A stretch of DNA of 64,000 nucleotides from the human T2T-CHM13v2.0 reference genome, Homo sapiens. The stretch lies in assembly GCF_009914755.1 (NCBI RefSeq), contig NC_060925.1; one strand, 5' to 3'. Shown here piece after piece: positions 34,646 through 50,099 of the stretch (its first letter is position 1; each line of letters opens with the position of its first letter). The position numbers were made by a program, and so were the translations under genes. A model generated the notes under the pieces. The model saw nothing but the letters and a program-made list of their open reading frames with translations. It ran no database searches and was not told the origin of the DNA.

Positions 34646-36192
34646 TCAACTAATAACTTCAATGGAATGTTTGCAAGTTAACACCAATAACTGCTACAAT
34701 ATAGATAGAACGTGATATAGATTGGTTTAATGAAATTGAATTAATTTCAACAAATACTATTTGTTCTTTGACTCTTCTTAAAAAATTCTGTATAGAGAAT
34801 ATAAACATCAGTAAGATATAGTACCCCTCCTCGAAGAGTATATAGGCTATAAGATGGCCTAAACCAATTATACAAATGAATGTTGTATGAGGCACAATAT
34901 CACTGTGTGGTATTTCAAGGCTAACTCAGGAGATAAGGAGAGGTTATCTTCATATACGACACAGAATTATAGAAGGTTTCCTGAAGGATGTGTCAGCTGA
35001 GTGTAGTCTTCTTGAAACACATACGGATCTTTGAATGGCATGAGGAGAAGGGGTAAGGCTGAGGGAGAAGAGCTGAGGGAACTACATGAGCAAGAAATCA
35101 CATCCTTTTAAAAAATTTATGTGTTCAGAGGCAGGTAAGTAAATATCAGTTGGTAAAATCTGAGGTACATGGAAAGACAAATAACTTCTATAAAAAGTAT
35201 TCTAGAGTTAATAAAGTTGTATTCACCTACATTGTCTCACTTTCATTCTCACAAACAACATGTGTCAGGGAAGTGATCCTACTGTTATGCTAACTTTACT
35301 GATAAAGAGTCCGTGTAGCGAGATAGAAGGAGGGTGAGGTAAACTACTGCTATAGTATATAGTATAGTATAGTTAATGGATGAAAGATTTAGGAAATGGA
35401 ATCAGAGAAAGCACTACAAATCATAAAATGGGGAAAAGCAATGACCTTACTGTGAACTCTTAAATACTACTTACCTATCTTCTGCATCAGTATCTCTGTT
35501 TATATAGCAAGAATAGTTGACTATCAAGTCCTATATTCACATCCTCAGCAGGACCATTGTGTTGCACAGCCAGGAGATGCCATTTTCATCTTGTTCAGCT
35601 TTATGTGTACAAGTGTACAGCTACTGACACTAGTAGATGCTTTAAGAATCAAATGAACTAAGGTTGGAGAAATGAGTTGAAAAGTATAAAACATTAACTC
35701 AATATGAAGCTTCCTCCTCTTTCCCCTCAATGAAGTTGGCATGAATTTTCAAGGTCAGTAACTAGAATATCACTGACTAGCAGATTTTCCCCAGAAATAC
35801 ACTCAAATTACTATGAAGTAAAAACCATTCTCCTTTCTAATGGATCTCAACTAGAAATATAAATGATACATGATAATTTCCCCATTGAGAATATGCTTTC
35901 CTAACAGGCTAATTAATATCTTTATTCCCTAAAGTATTCATCCCCTGCTCAAATACACTTTCACTACATTATAGTAACAGAAAAAATACTGATGGAAGCA
36001 CTATGCAAGGTTAGTCACAGAAACCCTGTATGATAATGTAAACGGTACCCAATAATAGTACCACTGTCTATATTATAACCTAGAAAAATTGCTATCAACC
36101 CACTTGAAATGTTATTCTAGTAGTTCAACATAACTGCCATCTAATAGTCAGAAACAGAGTAGAAATATGTCCCCTTTAAAAAATGTAACAGA

Positions 36193-36572
36193 AGCTGGGC
36201 CCGGTGGCTCATACCTGTAATCCCAGCACTTTGGGAGGCCAAGGCAGGCAGATCACCTGAGGCCAGGAGATCGAGACCAGCCTGACCAACATGGAGAAAC
36301 CCCGTCCCTACTAAAAATACAAAATTAGCTGGGTGTGGTGGCGAATGCCTGTAATCCCAGCTACTCAGGAGGCTGGGGCAGGAGAATCACTTGAACCTGG
36401 GAGGTGGAAGTTGCCGTGAGCTGAGATTGCACCATTGCGCTCCAGGCTGGGCAACAAGAGCGAAACTCTATCTCAAAGAAGAGGAGGGGAGGGGAGGGAA
36501 GAGGAGGGAAGGGGAGAGGAGGGAAAGGGAGAGGAGGGGAGGGAGGGGAGGGGAGCGGGGGAGAGCGGAGGA
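36193..36572 (+). mobile_element. Alu (AluSp-like) whose tail has become a G/A-rich (GGAG/GGGAG) repeat
   Basis: Alu body 36193-36476; purine repeat 36478-36572. Confidence 0.9.
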
Positions 36573-36706
36573 ACACGTATAAACTATGGTTCCATAAAAC
36601 TATCCAGTGCTTAATATCAAACTCAAGAAAACTGTATCCAACATTACAAAGTCTATTTTTTCTTGGTTTAACTTCAATAGAGAGGAAAAACACCTAGGCA
36701 ATATGA

Positions 36707-37060
<354 letters not shown>

Positions 37061-37399
37061 TGAAACTTGGCATTTTTATATTTTACCCAAGTGGCATAAT
37101 TCCCGATTCTCTAGTTTTCCTTTTCGGAATAATTTTTTATTTTGTATGTGTAGCTGTCTTTTAAGCTCTCAGTTCTCCATTTCATATTTAGTTTCCTTTT
37201 TATATTTCAATGTACAACTCAGTGGTTTTCAATATATTCACAAAGTCATACAACCACCTTAACCAATTCCAGAACGTTTTATCAATCAAAAAAAAAAAAA
37301 AAAAACCCAACCTGAAAAATGGGCAAAGGATTTGCATAGACATTCCTCCAAAGAAGTTCTATAAATGGTCAATAAACACATGAAATGATGCTCAAAACT

Positions 37400-37689
<290 letters not shown>

Positions 37690-37789
37690 GAAATGATGCT
37701 CAAAATCACTAGCCATTACAAAAATGCAAGCCAGAACCACGATCAGATACCACTTTACCTCCATTAGAATGGCTATTCTAAAAAATGAA

Positions 37790-38120
37790 ACACGCGGTGG
37801 CTCACGCCTGTAATCCCAGCACTTTGTGAGGCCAAGGCGGGCGGATCACAAGGTCAGGAGTTCGAGACCATCTTGGCTAACACAGTGAAACCCTGTCTCT
37901 ACTAAAAATACAAAAAATTAGCTGGGCGTGGTGGCAGGCACCTGTAATCCCAGCTACTCGGGAGGCTGAGGCAGAAGAACAGCGTGAACCCGGGAGGTGG
38001 AGCTTGCAGGGAGCCGAGATCGCACCCACTGCACTCCAGGCTGGGCAACAGAGCGAGACTCTATCTCAAAATAAATAAATAAATAAATAAAAATAAAAAT
38101 AAAATAAAATAAAACAAAAC
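37790..38120 (+). mobile_element. Alu (AluSc/Y-like) inserted in L1
   Basis: Alu consensus with (AAAAT)n tail. Confidence 0.9.
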
Positions 38121-38462
38121 AGAAAATAACAAGTATTGGTTAGTACATGGAGAAATGGAAACTGTTCTGCATTGCTGGAGGAAATGTAAAATGGTATATT
38201 CACTGTGGAAACCTGTTCCTCAAAAACTTAAACACAGAATTACCATATGATTCAGCAATCCCATTTCTTGGGTGTATACGTAATAGAAATGAAAGCAGGA
38301 CCTCAAAGATGTATTTGTACACCCATGTTTATAGCAGCATTATTCACAATACTCAAAAGGTGGAAACAACCCAATGGTCTATCAGTGTGTGAATGGATAA
38401 ACAAAATGTGGTACTTACATACAATGGAATATTACTCAGCCTTAAAAAAATAATAAAATTCC

Positions 38463-38798
<336 letters not shown>

Positions 38799-39164
38799 CT
38801 ACAACATGAATGAACCTTGAAAACAGTAAGCTGAGTGAAATAAGCCAAATACAAAAGGCCACATACTGTATGATTCCACTTTATGAAGTAACTAGGGTGG
38901 TTACATTAAGAATTTGACAGAAAGTAGAGTCATGGTTGGCTAGGAGCTAGAGGCAAAGGGGAATAAGGAGTTACTGTTTAATGGGTACAGAGTTTTAGTT
39001 TGTAAAGACAAAAAAGGTTTTGAAAATGGGTTAAAGTGATGGTTGCAAGAGAATGTGAATGTTACTTGATGTAACTGAACTATACACGTAAAAATGGTTA
39101 AAATGCTAAATTTTGTTATGTATATTTTACAATTAGAAAAAACACAGAAAAAATCATATATATG

Positions 39165-39740
39165 ATAAAGTAACCATCTGACATAGCAATTCTACTCCTA
39201 GATATATAACAAGAGAACTGAAAACATATGTCCAGGCCAGGCGCAGTGGCTCACGCCTGTAATCCCAGCACTTTCAGAGGCCGAGGCGGGTGGATCACGA
39301 GGTCAGGAGATACAGACCATCCTCGCTAACACAGTGAAACCCCGTCTCTACTAAACATAGAAAAAATTGGCCAGGCATGGTGGCAGGCACCTGCGGTCCG
39401 GACTGCTCAGGAGGCTGAAGCAAGAGAATGCCGTGGACCCGGGAGGCAGAGGTTGCAGTGAGCCGAGATTGCGCCACTGCACTCCAGCCTGGGCGACAGA
39501 GCGAGACTCCGTCTGAAAAAAAACAAAAAACAAAACAAAACAAAACATATGTCCAAACAAAAACATGTACATGAATGTTCACAGTAGCATTATTCATAAC
39601 AGCCAAAAGGTGGAAGTAACCCAAGTATCCATTAATGAATGAACAAAAATGTGGTATGCCCACACAATGGAATATCATTCAGTCTTAATGAATAAAATAC
39701 GGATTACATGTGGCAACACAGATGAACCTTAAAAACATGC
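39165..39740 (+). mobile_element. Second L1M ORF2 C-terminal fragment, split by an Alu
   Basis: agcaattctactcctagatatata...gaactgaaaacatatgtcca...gcattattcataacagccaaaaggtggaagtaacccaa. Confidence 0.75.
39235..39545 (+). mobile_element. Alu (AluY/Sc8-like)
   Basis: TSD aaaacatatgtcca. Confidence 0.92.
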
Positions 39741-39867
39741 CATTCTATTTTCTGTTACTTTATTTTAGAATTCTGAAAATTAGCCTATGTAGGGAGAGGT
39801 AATACAACAAAAACAAATTTGTACCCATTAAACATTAAGATTTAAACAGACTCTCCATGTTTATTAA

Positions 39868-40216
<349 letters not shown>

Positions 40217-40255
40217 AAATTACATTATATTTCTTATATAAAATTGTTGCATACT

Positions 40256-40592
<337 letters not shown>

Positions 40593-41112
40593 TTAATATT
40601 TAAAATGCATTGTGCTACATAACTTGTGATTATTAATGAAATGTAAAAACAAAAACAACAAAAATTCAAACCCAATAGCAACCATTAACTATTTTCCCTT
40701 CCCTCCAGCCAGATGCCCCAGAGACTTGCCTACTCTCGGCATTTGATATAAACGTAATTATATAATATGTGGCTTTTTGTGTTTAGTTTCTTTCATTTAG
40801 CATGTTTTTAAGGTTCATTAACATTGTCATATGTATCTGTATTTCATTCCATTTTTTTATGACTGAAAATATTCCATTGTATGGATATACCACATTTTGT
40901 TTATCCATTCATTCATTAGTGGACTTCCACATTTTGGCTATTATGAACCATCTCCTATAAACATTCACATACACATTTTTGTGTGGATGCATGTTTTCAA
41001 TTCTCTTGTTACATATCTAGGAGTAGAATTGCTGGGTCAGATAGATGGTAACCATGTTTAACATGTTGAGGAACTATCAAACTTTTTCCACAGCTACTAC
41101 ATTATGTCATAA

Positions 41113-41473
<361 letters not shown>

Positions 41474-41527
41474 TACCTTTTAAAATTCTAGCCATCCTAG
41501 TGGTGTGAAGGGGTAGTTCATTTTGCT

Positions 41528-41752
41528 TTTTTCTTTTTTTGAGACAGAGTTTCTCTCTTGTTGCCCAGGCTGGAGTGCAATGGCGCGATCTCGGCTTACG
41601 CAACCTCCACCTCCCGGGTTCAAGCAATTCTCCTGCCTCAGCCTCCCAAGTAGCTGGCATTATAGGCATGCACCACCACGCCCGGCTAATTTTGTATTTT
41701 TAGTAGAGGTGGGGATTCCTGGGACTATAGGCGTGAGCCATCGTGCCTGGCC
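41528..41752 (-). mobile_element. Alu with left-arm internal deletion
   Basis: gtagaggtggggattc|ctgggactataggcgtgagcc junction. Confidence 0.82.
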
Positions 41753-41871
41753 ATTTTTCTTTGTTTTAATTGACAAATAATAATTGTGTATATTTATGGG
41801 GTACAAAGTGATGTTTTGATATATGTATACACTATGAAATGATTAAATTAAGCTAATTAACATATCCAGCA

Positions 41872-42140
41872 GGCCAGGTGTGGTGGCTGACACCTGTAAT
41901 CCTTTGGGAGGCCCAGGCGGGCAGATCACTTGAGCCCAGGTGTATCAGACCAGCCTGGGCAACATGGTGAAACCTCATCTCTACAAAAAATACAAAAATT
42001 AGCTGGGCATTGTGGCACGTACCTGTAGTCCCATCTACTCAGGTGGCTGAGATGGGAGGATCAATGGAACCCGGGAGTTCGAGCATGCAGTGAGCCTTGA
42101 TTGTGCCACTGCACTGCAGACTGGGTAAGAAAACAACAAC
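41872..42140 (+). mobile_element. Alu (AluJ/S)
   Basis: TSD acatatccagca. Confidence 0.85.
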
Positions 42141-42168
42141 AACCCCCACATATCCAGCACTTGAAGTA

Positions 42169-42173
<5 letters not shown>

Positions 42174-42230
<57 letters not shown>
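42174..42230. repeat. (TG)n microsatellite, ~28 units
   Basis: Uninterrupted dinucleotide run. Confidence 0.95.
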
Positions 42231-42232
<2 letters not shown>

Positions 42233-43920
42233 TGGGAACATTTAAATTCTAATCTTTTAGCAATTTTGAAATATATAACACATTACTAAATATAGTCACC
42301 CTGCTGTACGAAAGACCATTAAAATTTATTCCTCCTGTCAAACTGAAACTGTATCCTTTGACCAACATCTCCGCTTTCCTCATTCCTACCCGTCCACACC
42401 CCACCACCAGCCTCTGGTAATCACTGTTCTCCTCTCTACTTCTATGAGTTTGACTTTTCTAGAATCCATATATAAGTGAGAACATGTTTATTCACTTAGC
42501 ATGCTGTCCTCCAGGTCTTCCCATGTTGTTCCAAATGACAGAAGTTTCTTCTTTTTAAAGGCTGAATAGTATTCTGTTGTATATATTCATATATACCACA
42601 TGATCTCTATCCATGTATTCACTGATGAACACTTACATTGCTTCCATATCTTGCTTATTGTGAACAATGCTTCAATGAATACTGGAATGCAGGTATCTCT
42701 TTAACACACTGATTTCAATTTCTTTGGATTTTTTATTTGCATTTCCCTAATGACTAAAGATGTTGGGCAACTTTTCATTTGCTTATTGGCTGTTTGCATA
42801 TCTTCTCCTGAGAAATGTCTATTCAGATCTTTGCCAATTTTCAATTAGATTATTTGTCTTTTTATTATTGAGTTGTAAGAGTTCTTCATATATCCTAGAT
42901 ACAAGTCTCTTATCAATATACAATTTGGAAATATTTTCTTCCATTCTTTAAATTGTCATGTCATTTTACTGATGATGCCCTCTGAGGCACTAAAGTTTTT
43001 AATTTTGATGAAGTTCAAATAACCTATTTTTCCTTGTTTGTAGTTTTAGTGTCCTAACTGAGAAACCATTACCTAACCCAAAAACCACGAAAAATTTTTC
43101 CTGTTTTCTTCTATGAGGTTTATAGTTTTAAGTCTTAGATTTGGATCTGTGATTTAAGTTAATTTTTCTTTCTGTCTGGTGTGAGGGAACAGTCCAGTTT
43201 CATTCTTGTGCATGTAGATATCTAGTTGTCCCAGCACCATATGTTGAATTTTCTTGGTAATCTTGCTGAAAATTAATTGACCATAAATGTAAGGGTTTCT
43301 TTCTAGGTTCTCAATTCTAGTGCACTGATCTATCTGTCTGTCCTTATGCTGGTTCCACAGTCTTAATACTCATATGGAATTTTAATTCACTTAACACAAG
43401 TAAAGCTAATGACATCAAATTAGTACCATTTACATTTATTATCTCTCAATATTATAAAATCTTATGTATTAGAAAGCCTTGTTATGTATATATAATTTAC
43501 TTTTACAATCTTATTGTAGCATATGCATATAAGGTAAAAGTCTACTTTAAGATAAAAAATAAAATTTCTTATTATTCATTAAAAAAATTGATTTATAGAA
43601 ATTCAAACACCACGGCAACAGAAAACGCTATTTCAACCCTGAGCCCTTTAAGTAATACCTTAAGGATTAAAAGATTACTTACATTTCACAGCAACATATT
43701 TACACATTTACTTATACAGTCACTGCCTACAGACTAGCACACACCCCTCTCTCTCACACACCCACATAAATGGTTCAATTGAAGCACACGAGATTTCTAA
43801 ATTCCCACATAATGACCAAATTTTAGAGTCAATATTTGAAATAAGAATTATCAACAGAAATCAAGACTCTTAAGATATTTACTATATTTCTGATATTTCA
43901 AATTTCAAGCAAAGTGATCT

Positions 43921-44023
43921 ATATGTATATGTGTCATTATATATATACATGACATATATGACATATATATGACATATACATGACATGTATGACATATATA
44001 TGACATATACATGACATATATAT
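43921..44023. repeat. (TGACATATA[TA/CA])n 9-11-bp simple repeat
   Basis: atgacatat... repeated ~7 times. Confidence 0.85.
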
Positions 44024-44601
44024 AAAAAAAACTGACCAGCAAAAAAACAGCAGCCTTTAAAAATACCTTATTAAGATTTCCTTGTTTAGGATATGAGGAA
44101 TAAGGGAAACATCTCCCGATTCAACAGCAATGAACTGATATTTAAATGATATGCTTTTCTTATGATGATAATTATAGGACATTATAAACATACCTCTTAG
44201 GAGGAATTATTTCACATTTTCATTAGGCAAAGGCAGGCAGGCATGTAAATATAATGTGCCTTTGATAACAGAACACCAAAAGGACTAGAAACAAATGCTA
44301 ATAGCATATTTTGAATTTCAGCTACATAACCTGTAACTCTAATATTTGCTCTTGAAATTGAGTTTTCATTAAAAAAATCAGGAATCTTACTAATTATCTC
44401 ACTTATAATTAATTTTATTTAAATGTGATTTTCTTTATAAGTTTTCCTTCATAGTAATGATTATGGATCTCTTCTATAACACTATAGCCAGGAAAAAAAA
44501 AAAAACCCACAAAGGTCTCCAAACCAAAACTTTATTAAGTATTTGCTATGGTAACTACCATAACGTGATAACAATATACCTACAAAAAGTTATGGCATGT
44601 A

Positions 44602-44907
44602 GGCCAGGCTTGGTGGCTCACGCCTGCAATCTCAGCACTTTGGGAGGCCGAGGTGGGCGGATCACCTGAGGTCAGGAGTTCGAGACTAGCCTGGCCAACA
44701 TGGTGAAACCCCATCTCTACTAAAAAATACAAAAAAAAAAAAAAAAAAAAATTGGCCAGGCGTAGTGGTGGGCACCTGTAGTCCCAGCTACTCGGGAGGC
44801 TGAGGTGGAGAACTGCTTGAACCCAACAGGTGGAGGTTGCAGGGAGCCGACACAGTGCCACTGGACTCCACCTTTGGCGACAGAGCGAGACTGTCTCAAA
44901 AAAAAAA
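44602..44907 (+). mobile_element. Alu (AluS)
   Basis: TSD ttatggcatgta. Confidence 0.9.
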
Positions 44908-45062
44908 TTATGGCATGTATTAAATTGATAGATTCTAACTGTCAGCAAAATAGAAGGAAAGAGGCTAAGAAAGTCAATGTGTAAAACAAAATTTTCTATT
45001 CATCTGAATAAAGCTCTAGTTACACATAGATTCTTAACTTTCCTAAATACTTTAAAGATTGT

Positions 45063-45324
45063 TGGTTGGGCACGGTGGCTCAAGTCTGTAATCCCAGCAC
45101 TTTGGGAGGTTGAGGCAGGTGGATCACCAGAGGTCAGGAGTTCGAGACCAACCTGCCCAACATGGTGAAACCCCATCTCTACCAAAAATACAAAAATTAG
45201 CCAGGCATGGTTGCATGCACCTGCAACCCCAGCTACTCAGGAGGCTGAGGCAGGAGAATCGCTTGAACCTGGGAGGTGGAGGTTGCAGCGAGCAGAGATT
45301 GCACCATTGCACTAAAAAAAAAAA
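45063..45324 (+). mobile_element. Alu (AluS), last ~30 nt missing
   Basis: ...ccattgcact then A-run. Confidence 0.85.
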
Positions 45325-45574
45325 ATCATCCAGTGGTGCCACCTTGGATAGACATCCACTGTATTAACATCTAAAGGAGGCTTATTTCCAGCAGAGAACA
45401 AAAGGGGAATTATATAAATGAATACAAATTAATCCTCTGGAAATGTGTCATTTAACTATACATTTAAGAGGTCCCACAGGTATATAAAAATTCTAGAGTT
45501 GCTTATCTTTAAAATCTATAAAATGGAGGGCCCATCTCTTTTATAATATATATGATTTCTCTCTATAAGACAAA

Positions 45575-45878
45575 GTTTTTTGTTTTTGATTTTGTTTTCC
45601 CTGAGACAGAGTCTCGCTCTTGTCACCCAGGCTGGAGTGCAGTGGCGCGATCTCGGCTCACTTGCAACCTCCGCCTCCTGGGTTCAAGTGATTCTCCTGT
45701 CTCAGCCTCCTGAGTAGCTGGGATTACAGGAACCCACGACCACACCTGGCTAATTTTTGTACTTTTAGTAGAGACAGGGTTTTGCCATGTTGGCCAGGCT
45801 GGTCTTGAACTCCTGACCTCAGGTGATCCATTCGCCTCGTCCTCCCAAAGTACTGGGATTACAGGCGTGAGTCACCGT

Positions 45879-45886
<8 letters not shown>
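45575..45886 (-). mobile_element. Alu (AluS); last Alu before the Alu-free island
   Basis: Antisense Alu consensus. Confidence 0.9.
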
Positions 45887-45909
<23 letters not shown>

Positions 45910-48900
45910 CTACTTGGTATTAAATGGCTAGGCAAGGGAAATTCTATCAATATTATTTAAGATTCTCCACATGGACAACTTGAAAACAATTCAAATTATA
46001 TAAGTCAAATAGGAAATCATGGCACCTTGATTTCTAACAATGGAAGAGGTATTACATGTGTAAGATAGAATCTTATTTTGAACATTGCCTAGCTCTCTCA
46101 TTCCATAGTGTAATCCTGGATTTCCTCTGGAGTATATCTTATGCTCCTCTCCCAAAATACATAAAAAATAAGGTTTACACTTTCCCAAGCAAAGGTAACT
46201 TAATGCTACATATCCTCCCAGAAACAGGCCTAATTTTCCTTTATACAGTCTTTCCTTGTTTTGGAGGGAGAAAATGTTCTCTTGGGTGCCTACAGTCATG
46301 TCAAAAGCTTTACTAGGTTCCTGTCTCAGCTTCTTCTGGAATTAGTCAAATCACATTTATTTCTTCATTAGATTCTTTTTAATCAACCCCAACAAACATT
46401 TGCCTTTGATTGTTATGCCTCAATTACTTAAACTTTGTGGGTATTTGACTTTGCAGCATCAAGTTTTTAGGAAATTATAATCATAATCAATGTGTGGAAT
46501 AGCTGTAGCCAAAACAGAAAAAGATTCCTTCCTAGCCTTCATCTAAATGGATACCATATATCTCTGGATACTATGGACTAAAACTGTACTGGCATTTTTT
46601 TTAAATTCTATTTTGAACTCTAAGTACAAACAGAATTGGTTTCTCTGTGTCACTCATGGGACTTTCCCAGTATTATTCTTTTCCAAAGTACCTTCTTTCC
46701 TCACGCTTCCTTCATTCTTTTCCATCAAGCGTCCATGTTCAGTATTATTTTTCCTACTGCCCTCCCTCCACCCCCATGCATTAGCTGTAAGTAGATGTAA
46801 AGCTTGGTGTAAGTCCAAAAATTGTATGATCAAAATATATACTTAGCAAATTGTTTGGCTAAATCTTTCATGTAGGATGAAAGATTATTACCACAATTCA
46901 TTAGCAAATTATAGACTTTGAAATGTAGGCAGACAAATATTTGGCCCTGTATCAATCAATTTGGACCAGCTGGGTAGAAATTCACACAATCCCAGGAAAC
47001 CTGGGATGTGAGGTGCTCTTTCATTTTTCATTCACTTGAAACATTAAAGAAAAATTATCATTCTATAAAAATGTCCACTTTTCAAGATTTCCGCAAACAA
47101 TTTTAGAATAGGTCTTATTTTCAGCCAATCACTACTTTAGTGACCAATAAACTAATTTTTCTTGCAATTGATTGTGGAAGAATAGTGCCTAATGCATACA
47201 GGGACACTCTAATACTTAGCCATGATAATCCAGTTTAAAAAGCTAAATATTTAATAACAGTTCTATTGCTTTTAAAAGGTGGGGGGCTGTACTATAGACA
47301 TTAAATAAGCCCAGAAACTAATTTTGCAGTTATTCATGATAAATAATATCATTAACATTCTCTCTCTGGGCCCCCCTAGCATACTGAGGTGACCCTGTAC
47401 AAAGATTCTGATTGATCCTATGTCTGTCTGTTTTGGTTAAGCTACAGGGCCGTATATAGGAACAGCTGCACTTTGGGAGCAACTTAAAACAAATTTCATC
47501 TTAGTGGCATCTAATCCAGTGCTTGGTACAAGACTCATGGAAAAGTCAGTGTCAAAATTAAACAATGCCGGCTTTGCAATGAGCAGATGCTTTTGCCTTG
47601 CAGCTGTAAAACCCTAGAACAATCCAGTACTCTACTGTCTGGTCACGCAATGACCACAAAGCAAGGAATACATTTTGTCATTTATATAAAATGTTTACTA
47701 CAAGCTTTTAAAATCTTTTTTCTCTAAAAAAAAAGTTTTTCAAAATAATAATAGGAGTACATTGAGGGTAATAAGGTACTATACTATAGCCCTATATTGA
47801 GCAGCAGGATTTTTTAAAAGAATATTTATCACAAAAAGTATGTTTGAAAAAGAAAAACTCCTTAACTGTATAACACTGAGTCATACACAAGACACATTAG
47901 ACAAAAGAAAAATTACCATAACCAGATATTTGAAGAGGTTGTAACCAAATAACCTTTGGCATATAAAGATAAACATGTAAATAATTTTCTACATGCAGGC
48001 CTTATCTTAATATGCCAAGTCTTGGTCCAGCTTATATTTATGAGCACTTTATATTCACTTACCCATCCTTTGGTTTAATTTCTTGTGTGTGTGTGTGTGT
48101 TTGTTTTACAGAGGGTTGGGGAGGAATGAAGAGGTTGGTTACTATTTCTTATCTTAGGACTAGAAGATAGTTAAACATTAAAATAGTTCTCAGCTTAAGT
48201 AATGTGGTACTTACCACATCTATGAAGAAATTATAGCCTTTCCCAACACATACCCTAGGAAAATAACCTTGTCTCTGGCATTCAGGAATCTAGGAGTTAA
48301 TATTTTAATACTGAAAAAGAAAAACCTCTTCTTCATGCATGAGGAGCACTGTCTCTGTGAAACCAAAGAATCAGCCCCATCTAAGTAAGTGACTACATGG
48401 TCATGATCAATCCACTTCTGCTAACTGAGGTTCTGCCTTTAAAGATAGCTTTTTATTGTACCTACAAGAAAGAAATCTAGTACCTTTACCTTTATTTTAA
48501 ATGGTCTGCTGCAAAAAATTTTTTGCAGTGAGTTTTTCTTAATCTTTCATATTTTTTCTTGAAATGTTTTTCTCCCCAAGGATATCAATTCATTAATGCC
48601 TCATTACTTACAAATTTCATTGTATATTTTGCTGGTGGAAGGTTTGGGAATTCTCCTTATATCCCTCCTCACCCTATAACTTACATTTCAATGAGCACTC
48701 CCAAAGTATGAGTACATTAATATGAATCAAATTTTATTTTAAATATATAAAAGGCATGCTACCTTCTTAAATGAAGTCTTTAAGAAATAAAAAAGATTTT
48801 TGGGGTTGCTTGTGCATTTCTGTGTTTTATTTTCTAAAAATGTAATTAAAACTTATTGACATAAAAAGCTTATTGATGCAATATGCCTTTTAAAATATAA

Positions 48901-50099
48901 ATTCTAGACATTAATTTGAAGAGACGATACAAACTTTAAGAAGACTATGAAACATTTACAATTATCATGATGAACTATTGGTATGATTTTGTTGTATTCT
49001 TTGATAATAGCTATAATTAAAATTAAAATGAACATGGTGGCGGTAATATATGCCATCAAACAAAAGTAAACAATGCCACTAAAATATATCACAAGAATTA
49101 AATTTAGAACTACAAAAACATAAAAAGCAGGTGATGTATATTCCTAAATTTGATTCCTTGTATCCTAACCCACATAGTTTACAATAAGAACTAATTATTT
49201 CACAGTCTTAGTATTCCAAATTACAGTACTATACATGAACAGCTTTAAGGATAAGGAATAACTATAAATTTGTACAAACTGGACAGGTTTTTTTAATCTC
49301 ATAACTTTGGTTAATAATCAGAATTATGACAACAGAACTGTGTGAAAATATTGTTTGAAAGCATATTCCAAAGTAAGATTATTAATTATACAACTGCAAT
49401 TCACACTTAATGTACTTTATTACATTACATATTTTTATAGGACCATCTAGAGATTTGCAAAAAATGGTTGGCTCAAATAAATGGTTCTCTTTTAAGTGCA
49501 TTTTATCCCTTTAGGTTCACACAATAACAGCAATATATTTTTAAAGTATATATTTTACTCAAAAAATACATAAGTAAGTCAGAAACCAAAAGCTAACAGA
49601 TGTGTGACTTCTAATTAGTTATAATAATCTCTGCTTCAATGCCATTAGAATGAGCCTTCCTTTTCTTTTGAAAACTAAAAAAGCTTTCCTTTGAATTTTA
49701 AACTGTCAGGGTGCTTCAAAGTCAATGTACAAAATCTGCTTTGATTAAAATTTTAGACATCTACAGTGATAACTTTATGAAAGGAAAATATTAAATTATA
49801 ATTATCCTAAACAGACACAGTCTTGTGAAACTAACCCTACATTCATGTTAAAACACAAAGAGTTGAATATAATGAATTTGATTCATCCTCGGACACAAAG
49901 CTTCACCACAGTAAACTCAGTCAACTGTTGCTCTTGCGCCTATATTCATGGTGCTTAAATAGCGCACTTTAAAACAAAAAAAACTCCAATTGGCTTTTCA
50001 TACATCCACCCTCCCCAAAAATAACGCACTTGAAAAACTCAAATGATATGAAAGGCTTCAAGGCCTCTTTTCTCCCTTTCATACCCCCCTTTTTTTTTT

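Noticed and set aside
38147-38453. ORFs resembling a real protein C-terminus
   Set aside because: Decayed L1 ORF2p remnant, fragmented by Alus.
43921-44023. Regular short repeats as a CRISPR-like or MEIS-site array
   Set aside because: No unique spacers; a TA-derived simple repeat in a eukaryotic intron.
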